Source: Methanomassiliicoccales archaeon (GTDB lineage: Archaea > Thermoplasmatota > Thermoplasmata > Methanomassiliicoccales > UBA472). From it: DNA of 64,000 nt. Below, one piece after another: positions 46,156-55,107 of this stretch. The notes under the pieces were generated by a model. That model saw nothing but the letters and a program-made list of their open reading frames with translations, was not told where the DNA came from and ran no database searches. The stretch is taken from the NCBI GenBank assembly GCA_035506675.1, contig DATJOX010000030.1:14796-78795 (forward strand), read 5' to 3'. The translations under genes and the position numbers were made by a program. Position 1 is the first letter of the stretch. Every line of letters begins with the position of its first letter.

Positions 46156-46188
46156 CTAATAATTTCACTTTGAGTAAAAGATTATTAG
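46156..46188. promoter_or_regulatory. 8-bp inverted repeat in the AT-rich region upstream of G3E paralogue 2
   Basis: CTAATAAT (46156-46163) and ATTATTAG (46181-46188) with a 17-nt spacer, 36-68 nt upstream of the start at 46224. Confidence 0.3.
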
Positions 46189-46223
46189 TCAACTAAGGCC
46201 TTACCCCGCTTCAAGGGATACAA

Positions 46224-47303
46224 TTGCCGACACGGATCGCGATTCTGGGAGGGTTCCTCGGAGCGGGGAAGACCACGCTCCTAACCAAGCTGGCGAAGAC
46301 GTTTACGGACAAGGGGAAAACGGTCGCGCTAATCACCAACGACCAAGGCGACGTGCTCGTTGACACTCAGTACGCCAAGGAACTCGGCATCGAGACGACC
46401 GAGGTCCTGAAGGGCTGCTTCTGCTGCAAGTTCCCCGACTTCATCGACGGAGCTCGCAAGTTGGTTGACGCGAAGCGGCCTGACATCATCATGGCCGAGC
46501 CAGTAGGCAGTTGCACCGACCTCTTGGCCACCGTCGTTGCGCCTCTCAAGCTCCGCTTCCCCTCAGAGTTCGATGTCGCGCCCTTGACCGTTCTTCTCGA
46601 CAGCACGCGGATCTCGGAGGGGGTAGAAGAGGAAGGCTCCCTAGGCGCCTTCCTGCGCAAGCATCAGGTGCAGGAGGCAGAGGTGATCGTGCTGACAAAG
46701 ACCGACCTCATCTCCAAAGATGACAAGGAGGCGCTGGTCGGAGTGGTCAGGGATATGAACCCTGGTGCCCGGGTCGTACCTTACTCGGCGGTCTCGGGGG
46801 AGGGGTTGGCCGAGATCGCGTCTCTGGTGCTCTCGCACGAGAAGAGTGTGAAGAGGCCGGTGGACGTGGACTACGAGCTCTATGCGCAGGCTGAGGCCGA
46901 ACTAGGATGGTACAACGGGACATACACCTTTGAGCTCCCGTCCGAACTTGATTCCTATGACCTTTGCTCCAGCATCATGAAGACGATAGCCCAGTCCTAC
47001 CAACCGGGGGAGGTCGCCCACGTGAAGCTCCTCTTCTCCTCGCCATCCAACGCCCTCAAGATGAGCCTGGTGCTCGGAGGGCTGGGGGTGGACGGGGTCC
47101 GTGGATCGAGGCGGGTCAAGGGGAAGTGCACGCTCAACATGAACGCTCGAGTCGTCTCGACGCCCGAGGTGCTCGCGAAAGTTGTGAGAGAGGCCGTCAT
47201 TGGGACCCTGAAGGAGAAGGGCGCCACTTCGATCCATCACAAGGACGACTGCTTCGCTCCTGGCCGGCCAAATCCTACGTATCGTTACAAGAACGGGGTC
47301 TGA
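46224..47303 (+). CDS. G3E-family P-loop GTPase (CobW/COG0523-like), paralogue 2
   Basis: GGFLGAGKT P-loop, ITNDQG, an intact GCFCC (CxCC) motif and IMAEPVGSC. It is colinear with paralogue 1. Confidence 0.75.
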   Translation: MPTRIAILGGFLGAGKTTLLTKLAKTFTDKGKTVALITNDQGDVLVDTQYAKELGIETTEVLKGCFCCKFPDFIDGARKLVDAKRPDIIMAEPVGSCTDLLATVVAPLKLRFPSEFDVAPLTVLLDSTRISEGVEEEGSLGAFLRKHQVQEAEVIVLTKTDLISKDDKEALVGVVRDMNPGARVVPYSAVSGEGLAEIASLVLSHEKSVKRPVDVDYELYAQAEAELGWYNGTYTFELPSELDSYDLCSSIMKTIAQSYQPGEVAHVKLLFSSPSNALKMSLVLGGLGVDGVRGSRRVKGKCTLNMNARVVSTPEVLAKVVREAVIGTLKEKGATSIHHKDDCFAPGRPNPTYRYKNGV

Positions 47304-47361
47304 GGCCAGGACATCAGAACATGAACGATCGGGTGAGGCCCGAGCCCCCGAGGGTCCGCGG

Positions 47362-48024
47362 ATGAAGATGTTAAATATTCGAGCCTTGACTCAGAGAAGC
47401 GTGGAAGGAGAGACAGGCTGCCGCATCGAGATCGCCTACATCGACCCGGAGGCGTACGCGGCGATTGTGAACCACCCCCTGCGCAAGGAGGTCTTGCGAA
47501 CGTTGTACCGGATGGCGCTGAGCGGACCGGTTTCGAAGCAGGAGATGGCCGACAAGCTGGGCATAGACTATCACCAGCTCGTCTATCAGCTCAACCACCA
47601 CCTGCGCGAGTTCTGGCGGGTGGAGAGGGAAGAGAAGGTCCGCGGCACCCGCATGGAGCTGATCGTCCCCTCTCATCCATACACGATCTACATCGCCCTC
47701 GGGAGAGGGAGGGCGATCAACGTGTTCGATCCCCTGGCCAACCTGTTCGGCTCTCTTTCCAAGGTAGGCACGCGATGCGACGTGTGCTCCGCGGCCGAAG
47801 CGGCGAAATGCATGCGCTACGTCGAGGGCGGGTGTTCGTGCAGCTCCGCTCCCTCCGCCGAGGAGAAGGAGCTGCTAAAGCTGAACGGCCGCGCGGCGCC
47901 ATGTCGCCCACTGGACACCGCCATCCTCTGCGCTTTGAGGGGCATACCCGCGGGCAAGGATTGCATCGTGAACATACCATGCGAGGGATGCGCCTTCCTA
48001 AAGAAGACAATCCAGATCACTTGA
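47362..48024 (+). CDS. ArsR-like wHTH regulator with Cys-rich C-terminal domain
   Basis: The N-terminal wHTH (HPLRKEVLRTLYRMALSGPVSKQEMADKLGIDYHQLVYQLNHHL) is followed by about 10 Cys in the last 90 aa (CDVC, C, CSC, C, C, C, CEGC). Confidence 0.6.
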   Translation: MKMLNIRALTQRSVEGETGCRIEIAYIDPEAYAAIVNHPLRKEVLRTLYRMALSGPVSKQEMADKLGIDYHQLVYQLNHHLREFWRVEREEKVRGTRMELIVPSHPYTIYIALGRGRAINVFDPLANLFGSLSKVGTRCDVCSAAEAAKCMRYVEGGCSCSSAPSAEEKELLKLNGRAAPCRPLDTAILCALRGIPAGKDCIVNIPCEGCAFLKKTIQIT

Positions 48025-48239
48025 GCCTCGGAACGCTGTCAGCGAGGCCCGTTCATCAATGAACCTGGCTTACATGCACAGCGGCGGCGATGGCCCGGTT
48101 TCTCAATCCTGTTTCGCTGACGCCTGCGTTATGCGGCCTCAAATCCGCTGATTTGTCGGAATCCGTCGAAACATTGAAAAACGGTGCGCACCCTAGGAGC
48201 CTCCCGAGAGGGGGGCTTAGCTCGGTCGTTGTAGATGCG

Positions 48240-48665
48240 ATGAACCGCCGGATTCTCGACCTGCTGATGATGGACGGCAAGATGACGTACAACGACGTCG
48301 CGCTTAAGCTCCGTCGATCCCCGTCGACTATCAGGGACCGCATCCGGCGCCTCGAGGACGACAAGGTCATCCTCGGCTATGTGGCGGTAGCGAACAACGA
48401 GCTCATCGGAATGAAGGTCGAGGGCCTGGTGTTCGCGAACCTTGAAAACGGTCTGAACATGGAGAAGCTGAAACAGCTGCGCGAGATCCCCGGCGTGATG
48501 GAGGTGCTCGAGGTGTCCGGGCGGCGGAGGATCCTGATACGACTGTTCTCGCGCGACAACCGCACCCTCCACGAGGTCATCCAACGCCAGATAACCCCTC
48601 TCGGGCTGAAGGACGTCGAAGTGCGCATCGTTCTCGATTCGGTGATGCGGTTCCCAGGCGTGTAA
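48240..48665 (+). CDS. Lrp/AsnC family transcriptional regulator
   Basis: RILDLLMMDGKMTYNDVALKLRRSPSTIRDRIRRLEDDKVILGY plus a C-terminal RAM-like domain. The ORF opens at 48090. Confidence 0.8.
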   Translation: MNRRILDLLMMDGKMTYNDVALKLRRSPSTIRDRIRRLEDDKVILGYVAVANNELIGMKVEGLVFANLENGLNMEKLKQLREIPGVMEVLEVSGRRRILIRLFSRDNRTLHEVIQRQITPLGLKDVEVRIVLDSVMRFPGV

Positions 48666-48959
48666 TCAGACACACGGGATCATAGTGGCCGGAGAATGGG
48701 TGGCAAGAACTAGGCAACCACTTCTTCCGTCGTTCGTGGCACGAGCGGTCCCATCAAGAGCCCTGCCCATCATCATGATTCGCGTTCTTGTCAAGATGAA
48801 TCCTATCGGAATTGATGAAATCGTTCGTCTGCTCGTTGTTTGTAGGCTGGCCTGATCTGATCATTCATCCAATCGCTTCCCAGATCATCTATTTCGGAAA
48901 GCCTCATCTTCACGTCGCACGATCTTGCTGGATTCCTTCTCGGGCGAACCTGTTGAAGT

Positions 48960-49655
48960 ATGATAGGAATAATATTTATGCGGGTACCGCCTCCTCGAAT
49001 CGAGGATCTCAGGGGGAGAAACGTGAACCAGAGGATCGGACTGATACCACAGCTGCCGGACCTAGACAAGATCCGCCAGATGCGCAAGCGTCTCAATCTA
49101 TCCCAACGTGAGCTTGCGTCCATGGCCGGCGTCAGCCAGTCGCTTATCGCGAAGATCGAGCGCGGGAGCATCGACCCGTCCTATTCGAACGTGCGCAAGA
49201 TATTGATGGCCTTCGAAGAAGTGCTCAGAAAGCGCAAAGTCGAAGGGGTCAAGCTCGGAGCGCAGCTGACGGTCGGCGATCTCGCGACCAGGGGAGTGAT
49301 ATCGGTTTCACCCGAACAGACCGTGGGGGAGTGCGTCGACCGCATGATGAAGGGGCGATTCACGCAGCTTCCAGTGATGGTGGGTGACAGGGTGGTCGGC
49401 GGCATCACAGACGACAGGATCCGAGACTATACCATCGAGGAGACCAGGAACGGAAGGAAGTCCTACGACGGCGTCATGAGCACGAAGGTCGAGGAGATGA
49501 TGATGGACCCCTTCCCCATCTTGAGCGAGGACACGCCCATAGAGCTTGCGTCGGTGCATCTGCAGCGGGAGGAGGCGATCCTGGTCTCGCGGAAGGGGCA
49601 GATCGTCGGCATCCTGACGAGCGCGGACTTCCTGAACCTCGGAATGAACCAGTGA
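48960..49655 (+). CDS. XRE-type HTH regulator fused to a CBS domain pair
   Basis: LNLSQRELASMAGVSQSLIAKIERG is an HTH, followed by two CBS-like units. The exact start is uncertain. Confidence 0.7.
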   Translation: MIGIIFMRVPPPRIEDLRGRNVNQRIGLIPQLPDLDKIRQMRKRLNLSQRELASMAGVSQSLIAKIERGSIDPSYSNVRKILMAFEEVLRKRKVEGVKLGAQLTVGDLATRGVISVSPEQTVGECVDRMMKGRFTQLPVMVGDRVVGGITDDRIRDYTIEETRNGRKSYDGVMSTKVEEMMMDPFPILSEDTPIELASVHLQREEAILVSRKGQIVGILTSADFLNLGMNQ

Positions 49656-49963
49656 GGATCATGATCCGACACGTTGTGGTTTGGACGCTGAAGCCAGAGG
49701 CGGACGGACGAAGCAAGGAGGAGAACATCAGGCTCCTCAAGAGTGAGCTGGAGGGGCTCAGGGGCAGGATCCCCCAAATCAGGTTCCTCCAGGTCGGCAG
49801 CAACATCCTGACGGTCGAGGGCGCATGGGACGTCGCCCTGGTCGTCGATTTCGACTCCCTCGGGGACCTTCAGGTATATCAGGACCATCCCGCCCACCAG
49901 AGGGTGAAAGCCTTGGTCGGTAAGATCAGGGACCAGCGAGCGACCGTGGACCTGGAATACTGA
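49652..49963 (+). CDS. Dabb (stress-responsive alpha/beta barrel) domain protein
   Basis: 103 aa with IRHVVVWTLKPE...YQDHPAHQ.V, typical of the Dabb family. Confidence 0.75.
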   Translation: MRIMIRHVVVWTLKPEADGRSKEENIRLLKSELEGLRGRIPQIRFLQVGSNILTVEGAWDVALVVDFDSLGDLQVYQDHPAHQRVKALVGKIRDQRATVDLEY

Positions 49964-49969
49964 GGCTAA

Positions 49970-50578
49970 ATGAAACGCAAGGACCTCGAAATAGCGTTGC
50001 AGAAGATGCGCCCGTTTCCCGCCCCCAGAGCGGACCTTGAGCAGTACCTGACCCCGGCTACGATCGCCGCTGACATGCTGTTCTCAGCGTACTCACAGGG
50101 CGACATCGAAGGAAAGGAGGTGGTGGACCTCGGGAGCGGAACCGGCATGCTGGCCATTGGAGCCGCCATGCTCGGGGCGAAGCAGGTGATAGGCGTGGAC
50201 GTAGACGAAGGGGCGGTGGCGCTCGCGCGCGAGAACGCGGAACGCGCGGGGGTCGAGGTCAACTTCGTGAACTGCGACGTGAACGAGGTCGGGGGCATTT
50301 GCGACACGGTCGTCATGAATCCGCCGTTCGGGGCGCAGAGGAGGCATGCGGACCGGCCCTTCCTCGAGAAGGCTATTTCCGTCGCCTCGGTCGCGTACTC
50401 GCTTCACCTCGCGGGCACGGAGGAGTTCGTGCTCCGGCTGATCCACTCCGCTGGAGCCACCGGCGAGATCCAGAAAAGGTATAAATTCGAGATCCCTCAT
50501 ACATTCGCGTTCCATAGGCAGGCTAAGAGGGATGTGGAAGTGATACTGGTCCGCATCCAAAAGGGTGAATCAAGATGA
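49970..50578 (+). CDS. SAM-dependent methyltransferase, METTL5/COG2263-like
   Basis: VVDLGSGTGMLAIGAAMLGA SAM motif and the NPPFG catalytic motif. Confidence 0.75.
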   Translation: MKRKDLEIALQKMRPFPAPRADLEQYLTPATIAADMLFSAYSQGDIEGKEVVDLGSGTGMLAIGAAMLGAKQVIGVDVDEGAVALARENAERAGVEVNFVNCDVNEVGGICDTVVMNPPFGAQRRHADRPFLEKAISVASVAYSLHLAGTEEFVLRLIHSAGATGEIQKRYKFEIPHTFAFHRQAKRDVEVILVRIQKGESR

Positions 50579-51135
50579 AAACAAAGAGGCCCGTTCTACC
50601 AGGAGATGAAGTCGCCGAGGCGGAGGAATTCCTGCCGGGCGAAGGCACGTACGAAGAGAACGGGAAGATATACGCCGCCCTCGCGGGCGAGCTCGAACTG
50701 GACGACGAGGAGAAGACAGTCACCGTGAAGGCCGCTAACCCAATGATAGAACTGAAGGGCGGCGAATCGGTGTTCTGCGCGGTCACGGACGTGCGCAGCG
50801 TGATGGCGATCTGCGAGGTGGTCGCGGTCGAGGGCGTCGAGCGCAACGTCACAGGCGACACGAACGGCACGATTCACATTTCGAAGATGTCCCAGGACTA
50901 TACCCAGGACGCGAGCCGCGAGATGCGCCCCAGCGACATCATCAGGGCGAAGGTCATCTCGTCCAAGCCTTCGGTGCAGCTGACGACCGCCGGCGACCAC
51001 TTGGGCGTGATAAAGGCGTTGTGCCGGAGATGCCGCGCTCCATTGGTCCGGAAGGAGAAGGGGCTGTACTGCAACAACTGCGATCGCTACGAGTCGCGGA
51101 AGGTCGCGGACGACTACGGCGCGGTCGAGTACTAG
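50575..51135 (+). CDS. csl4: exosome complex RNA-binding protein Csl4
   Basis: N-terminal LPGDEV..AEEF.PGEGTYE, a central S1-like domain and a C-terminal zinc ribbon CRRC...CNNC. Confidence 0.8.
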   Translation: MKTKRPVLPGDEVAEAEEFLPGEGTYEENGKIYAALAGELELDDEEKTVTVKAANPMIELKGGESVFCAVTDVRSVMAICEVVAVEGVERNVTGDTNGTIHISKMSQDYTQDASREMRPSDIIRAKVISSKPSVQLTTAGDHLGVIKALCRRCRAPLVRKEKGLYCNNCDRYESRKVADDYGAVEY

Positions 51136-51167
51136 GCGAACATCGTAGCGCCAAAACGAAATTCACA

Positions 51168-51425
51168 ATGCGAATCGTCGATGTGGCAACGGGTGGCAAA
51201 AGGATATATCGCGAGGGATTGATTTCGAAGCAGGGGGGAATGAGGATGTCGAAGAGTAACGAGGACCTGGCAAAGGAAATTCGTGAACTGAAGGACGAGC
51301 TCAAGCAGATGCGCGAGATCGTGAATATGCTCTTCTCCATCATCGTCGAGTCGGAAGAAGAGGAGGACGACTACATCCCCTATCCCGGAACGAGCGCCTC
51401 CGACAATCTCCACCTCAACAATTAA
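51168..51425 (+). CDS. small hypothetical protein with coiled-coil and acidic tail
   Basis: SKSNEDLAKEIRELKDELKQMREIVNMLFSIIVESEEEEDDY. The start could be 51168 or 51240. Confidence 0.4.
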   Translation: MRIVDVATGGKRIYREGLISKQGGMRMSKSNEDLAKEIRELKDELKQMREIVNMLFSIIVESEEEEDDYIPYPGTSASDNLHLNN

Positions 51426-51433
51426 GGCGCGAC

Positions 51434-52096
51434 ATGAGCGAGAGCGGAGCGAAGTTCTTGTGCTTGGTCTCCGGCGGCATCGATTCGCCGGCGGCCGCCT
51501 ATCTCATGCTCAAGCGAGGAGCCGAGGTCGAGCTCCTGCACATGGACAACTCGCCGTACTCCGACGAGGACCAGTTGGAGAAGGTGCGGGAGATACGCGA
51601 TCGACTCGAGATCGTTGCCGACAGGCACGTCGAGCTCACGGTCGCTCCGCACGGACGGAACCAGGAGATGCTCGAGAAGAACTGCCGCAAGGGGTTCCAG
51701 TGCGTTCTCTGCAAGCGCTTGATGCTCCTGGTGGCGGTCGAGATCGCACGGAAGCGCGGAGCGCAGGCGATCGTCACAGGCGAGTCTCTCGGGCAGGTCG
51801 CCTCGCAGACCATTCAAAACCTTAGGGCGGAGTCGACGGGCATCGACTTCCCGATCATCCGGCCGCTCATCGGCTTGGATAAGATCGAAATCGAGGGGAT
51901 CGCGAAGGCCGCGGGCACTTACGACATCTCGATCCGCTCCGCGTCGGTCTGCAAAATGGTGCCGACGAGGCCGATCACGATGGCGCGAATGGAGAGCGTG
52001 CGCGAGCAAGAATCGAGGATCGACCTTCAGGAAATGGTGGGGTTCTCGGTCGAACACGCGGAGAGGATCAGAGATCCTCATAGACCGCGCAGTTGA
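51434..52096 (+). CDS. ThiI-type PP-loop ATP pyrophosphatase (no THUMP domain visible)
   Basis: LVSGGIDSPAAAYLM PP-loop, CVLCKRLM, and GESLGQVASQT. Confidence 0.7.
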   Translation: MSESGAKFLCLVSGGIDSPAAAYLMLKRGAEVELLHMDNSPYSDEDQLEKVREIRDRLEIVADRHVELTVAPHGRNQEMLEKNCRKGFQCVLCKRLMLLVAVEIARKRGAQAIVTGESLGQVASQTIQNLRAESTGIDFPIIRPLIGLDKIEIEGIAKAAGTYDISIRSASVCKMVPTRPITMARMESVREQESRIDLQEMVGFSVEHAERIRDPHRPRS

Positions 52097-52331
52097 GCGA
52101 GCGCTCGGGCGAGTACATCATGTCCATCGTGACGCGGTCGATGTAGCGCGCTTGGACCCTGGAGATGAAAAGGGTGCTCTTGCCCGCCTGCACGCGTATG
52201 TCGGTAGGCTTCGCAGGCTTCATCTCGGTCGGGAGGATGACGGGGCCGGAGCAGTCCGTGGAGACCCTCCAATCCTGACCGCTGTTCCTAACGAATTCGA
52301 TTACCTCTGGGTCCACGACGATCTCGTGCAA
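52068..52331 (-). CDS. hypothetical small protein
   Basis: The 87-aa ORF looks protein-like. It has a convergent 29-nt overlap with the preceding gene. Confidence 0.4.
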   Translation of the reverse strand: MHEIVVDPEVIEFVRNSGQDWRVSTDCSGPVILPTEMKPAKPTDIRVQAGKSTLFISRVQARYIDRVTMDMMYSPERSLNCAVYEDL

Positions 52332-52444
52332 GGCTCGTAGGCATTAGGCTGGCTGTATTTAATTATATGCCGTTAACACCTCGGTGATTGGAACGCATTC
52401 GGTCCACCAGTGCGATTAAAGTCCAGGAACATCATGCTTCAGGC

Positions 52445-52912
52445 GTGAAGTACGTCCTGGATACCTCCGCGCTCTTCTCGATGGAGGACCTTCCCGAGGG
52501 AGAGGTGTTCGTGACCCCTTCGGTCGTCAAGGAGCTCGAGAAGTACAAGGACCGAAGGTTGGAGCGCTGGGGCGAATTGTTGCGAACTTCTGAACCTACG
52601 TCCGCTTCGATCAAGAAAGTGAAGGAGGCGGCGAGCAAGACCGGCGATTCTGGACGCGTATCGCCGACCGACGTCGAGGTGCTCGCCCTGGCGATCGACA
52701 CGGAGGCGACGCTCCTGACCGACGACTACTCAATTCAGAATCTGGCGGCGGTTCTCTCGATCCCCTACAAATCGGTCGGGATGAGAGGCATCAAGAAGGT
52801 CTTCAGGTGGAAGTACCGCTGCACCGGGTGCGGCCGAGTGTACGATGTCCAGCATAAAGAGTGCCCGGTCTGCGGAAGCGCCCTGCGCAGCGTCCGCTCA
52901 AGGGAAGATTGA
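52445..52912 (+). CDS. nob1: Nob1-like endonuclease (PIN domain plus zinc ribbon)
   Basis: KYVLDTSALF, SPTDVEVLALA, LLTDDYSIQN and a C-terminal CTGCG...CPVCG. GTG at 52445 gives the typical N-terminus; the ORF opens at TTG 52388. Confidence 0.75.
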   Translation: MKYVLDTSALFSMEDLPEGEVFVTPSVVKELEKYKDRRLERWGELLRTSEPTSASIKKVKEAASKTGDSGRVSPTDVEVLALAIDTEATLLTDDYSIQNLAAVLSIPYKSVGMRGIKKVFRWKYRCTGCGRVYDVQHKECPVCGSALRSVRSRED

Positions 52913-54007
52913 CTGGCAGCGGATCGCCTTCCCCATTCTGCGTTTTCCCATCAATCTCATCGCCCACTCGAGCCGCCACTGGCTTCCGAAGGTCATCATC
53001 GCGAGACGCTTCGTCCTGACGGCCGTTCGCAGCGGACCGCCGACCTGCCTGCGCCACTCCGTCTCATATTCGGCCAAGCTCACCTTTCCATTGGCTGCAT
53101 TTGCTGCTGAGACCCCCGCGATGCGGCCACAGATCAACGCGATCGGGATTCCGCCTCCGTTCACGGGCATGACCTGACCCGCCGCATCGCCCACGACGAG
53201 CACGTTGCCCTTGACGGTCTGATAGATCGGCCCCGACATCGGGACCATCTTGCCGTTCGGCGGTCCGGGGACCAGCTTTCTGAGCTTGACGAAGTCATCG
53301 TAGTAGCCCTTGAGCGATTTCTTCGCATAGCGCCTCGAAACCCCGAGGCCGACGTTGGCGCCATGCTTCTTCGGGATCACCCAGGCGTAGCCTCCGGGGG
53401 AAACCGCTCCGAAGTACATCTCCGGGACGGGCTCGAAGTCCCTTGGGTCCAGCGCTGACTGCGCCGGGCAGAGGTCCCAGGAGCGCTCGAAGCCCACGCT
53501 CTTTGCCACCATTGAGAGCGGACCGTCCGCCCCGACCACCACTCGCGACCGATAGCGACCCTTGTCGGTGACAACCGTTGTGCCCTCCAGTCCGATCGCT
53601 TTCGTTCCCACCAGAACGGTCGCCCCCGCCTTGCGGGCGCGCTCCGCCAGGTGTCCGTCGAAGGCCGCGCGGTCGGTCGTGAAACCCTGGAATGGGATGT
53701 CCGAGGCACACATCCTCGGGGAGTAGATCCTGATCTCGGTCGTGTTCAGGAGGTTCAGAGAGGAGGGCAGGTCGAACAGGGACTCGATATCCTTCGCATC
53801 TGGGAAAATGTCCTTGACCTCGTCGACGTGCGGGAGGAACTCGCCGCATCGGACCGGCACCCCAATGATCGGGCGCTTCTCAAGGAGCAGGACGCTAGCA
53901 CCGGCCAGCGCCGCATGCTCAGCCGCAGTCGAGCCTGCGGGCCCCGCTCCCACGATCACGACGTCGTACTTCTCCTCGGCGACCAGAACGCCACCCCCCA
54001 GGCTCAC
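52898..54007 (-). CDS. geranylgeranyl reductase family flavoprotein
   Basis: YDVVIVGAGPAGSTAA FAD motif, RCGE, and GDAAG. 369 aa. Confidence 0.85.
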   Translation of the reverse strand: MSLGGGVLVAEEKYDVVIVGAGPAGSTAAEHAALAGASVLLLEKRPIIGVPVRCGEFLPHVDEVKDIFPDAKDIESLFDLPSSLNLLNTTEIRIYSPRMCASDIPFQGFTTDRAAFDGHLAERARKAGATVLVGTKAIGLEGTTVVTDKGRYRSRVVVGADGPLSMVAKSVGFERSWDLCPAQSALDPRDFEPVPEMYFGAVSPGGYAWVIPKKHGANVGLGVSRRYAKKSLKGYYDDFVKLRKLVPGPPNGKMVPMSGPIYQTVKGNVLVVGDAAGQVMPVNGGGIPIALICGRIAGVSAANAANGKVSLAEYETEWRRQVGGPLRTAVRTKRLAMMTFGSQWRLEWAMRLMGKRRMGKAIRCQSIFP

Positions 54008-54963
54008 GCCCGGCGGCTGACCACCACTTCTGCCAGCTCGATCAGGGCGTTCTTGTACGGAGAGGAAGGCAACGGAGCCAGCGTGGCGATCGCCCTTTCG
54101 GCGTATTCGCGCGCCTTCGCCCTGGAGCGTTCCACTGCGTTCGTCTTCAGTGCCAGTGCGAGAGCCTCCTCGACCTCCGCTCTCGTCTTGTCCTTCTTGC
54201 GGAACACGCCTGCGATGCTCGGGCCGAGCTTCGGGTCCGCCATCGCGATCTGGAGCGGTAGCGTCGCTTTGCCGTCGGTCAGGTCCGTTCCGCTCGTCTT
54301 CCCGAGCTCCTTCTCAGTGCCGTCCAGGTCGAGGATGTCATCGATGATCTGGAATGCGATGCCGAGGTTCACACCATAGGCCCCAAGTGCCTCGACCTGT
54401 TCCTTGGTGGCGCCTCCGAGATAGGCTCCTACTCTCGCCGCCGCCTCGATCGGCCTGGCCGTCTTGCCAGTGATGACGGCGATGTACACGTTCTCGGGCG
54501 TGCTCGGGTCGAAGTCGTAGTGCGATTGCAGCATCTCACTCTCGGCGGTGGCCGTGCACGCGTTGGAAATGGTCTCCACCGACTCCTTGTTCCAGTATCC
54601 GCCGAGGCGGAACGAGCGCACGAAAAGGAAGTCTCCGGCGATGAGCGCCTTCTGCACTCCGTACTTCTTGTAGGCGGCTACGCGTCCCCGGCGGGTCTCG
54701 CCGATGTCGTTGATGTCGTCGTGAATGAGCGTCGCGGAGTGAATGAGCTCGAAGGCAGCGGCGATGCCGATGATGTTCGGGCCGGAGTCGCCCCCGACCG
54801 CCTTGTACGCGAGGATCGCGATGCCCGGCCGAATGCGCTTGCCGCCCGCCCCGATCACGTGCATGCAGATGTCCGTCAGGGTCTCTTGGTCCGACGCGAC
54901 GGCGGAGCGTATCTCCGCCTCCACAAGCTTCATCTCCTTCACGATCGGCGCGTACCAGCTCAC
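54004..54963 (-). CDS. polyprenyl diphosphate synthase (trans-IPPS family; FARM context resembles medium/long-chain enzymes)
   Basis: First DDxxD in IHSATLIHDDINDI and second in FQIIDDILD. It overlaps the reductase gene by 4 nt. Confidence 0.85.
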   Translation of the reverse strand: MSWYAPIVKEMKLVEAEIRSAVASDQETLTDICMHVIGAGGKRIRPGIAILAYKAVGGDSGPNIIGIAAAFELIHSATLIHDDINDIGETRRGRVAAYKKYGVQKALIAGDFLFVRSFRLGGYWNKESVETISNACTATAESEMLQSHYDFDPSTPENVYIAVITGKTARPIEAAARVGAYLGGATKEQVEALGAYGVNLGIAFQIIDDILDLDGTEKELGKTSGTDLTDGKATLPLQIAMADPKLGPSIAGVFRKKDKTRAEVEEALALALKTNAVERSRAKAREYAERAIATLAPLPSSPYKNALIELAEVVVSRRA

Positions 54964-55107
54964 GGTATCGGGTTTCGAAAAGGTCGCTTCCCTACTTAAT
55001 CCTATTTGAATTCATCTGGCCTGCCCGAATAATGTCTGGCTGTCGCCTTTGGAGAGGAGAAAGAAGGGCCCCGATAAGGGGCGTCACTGGCCGAAAAGCT
55101 GGCCAGG

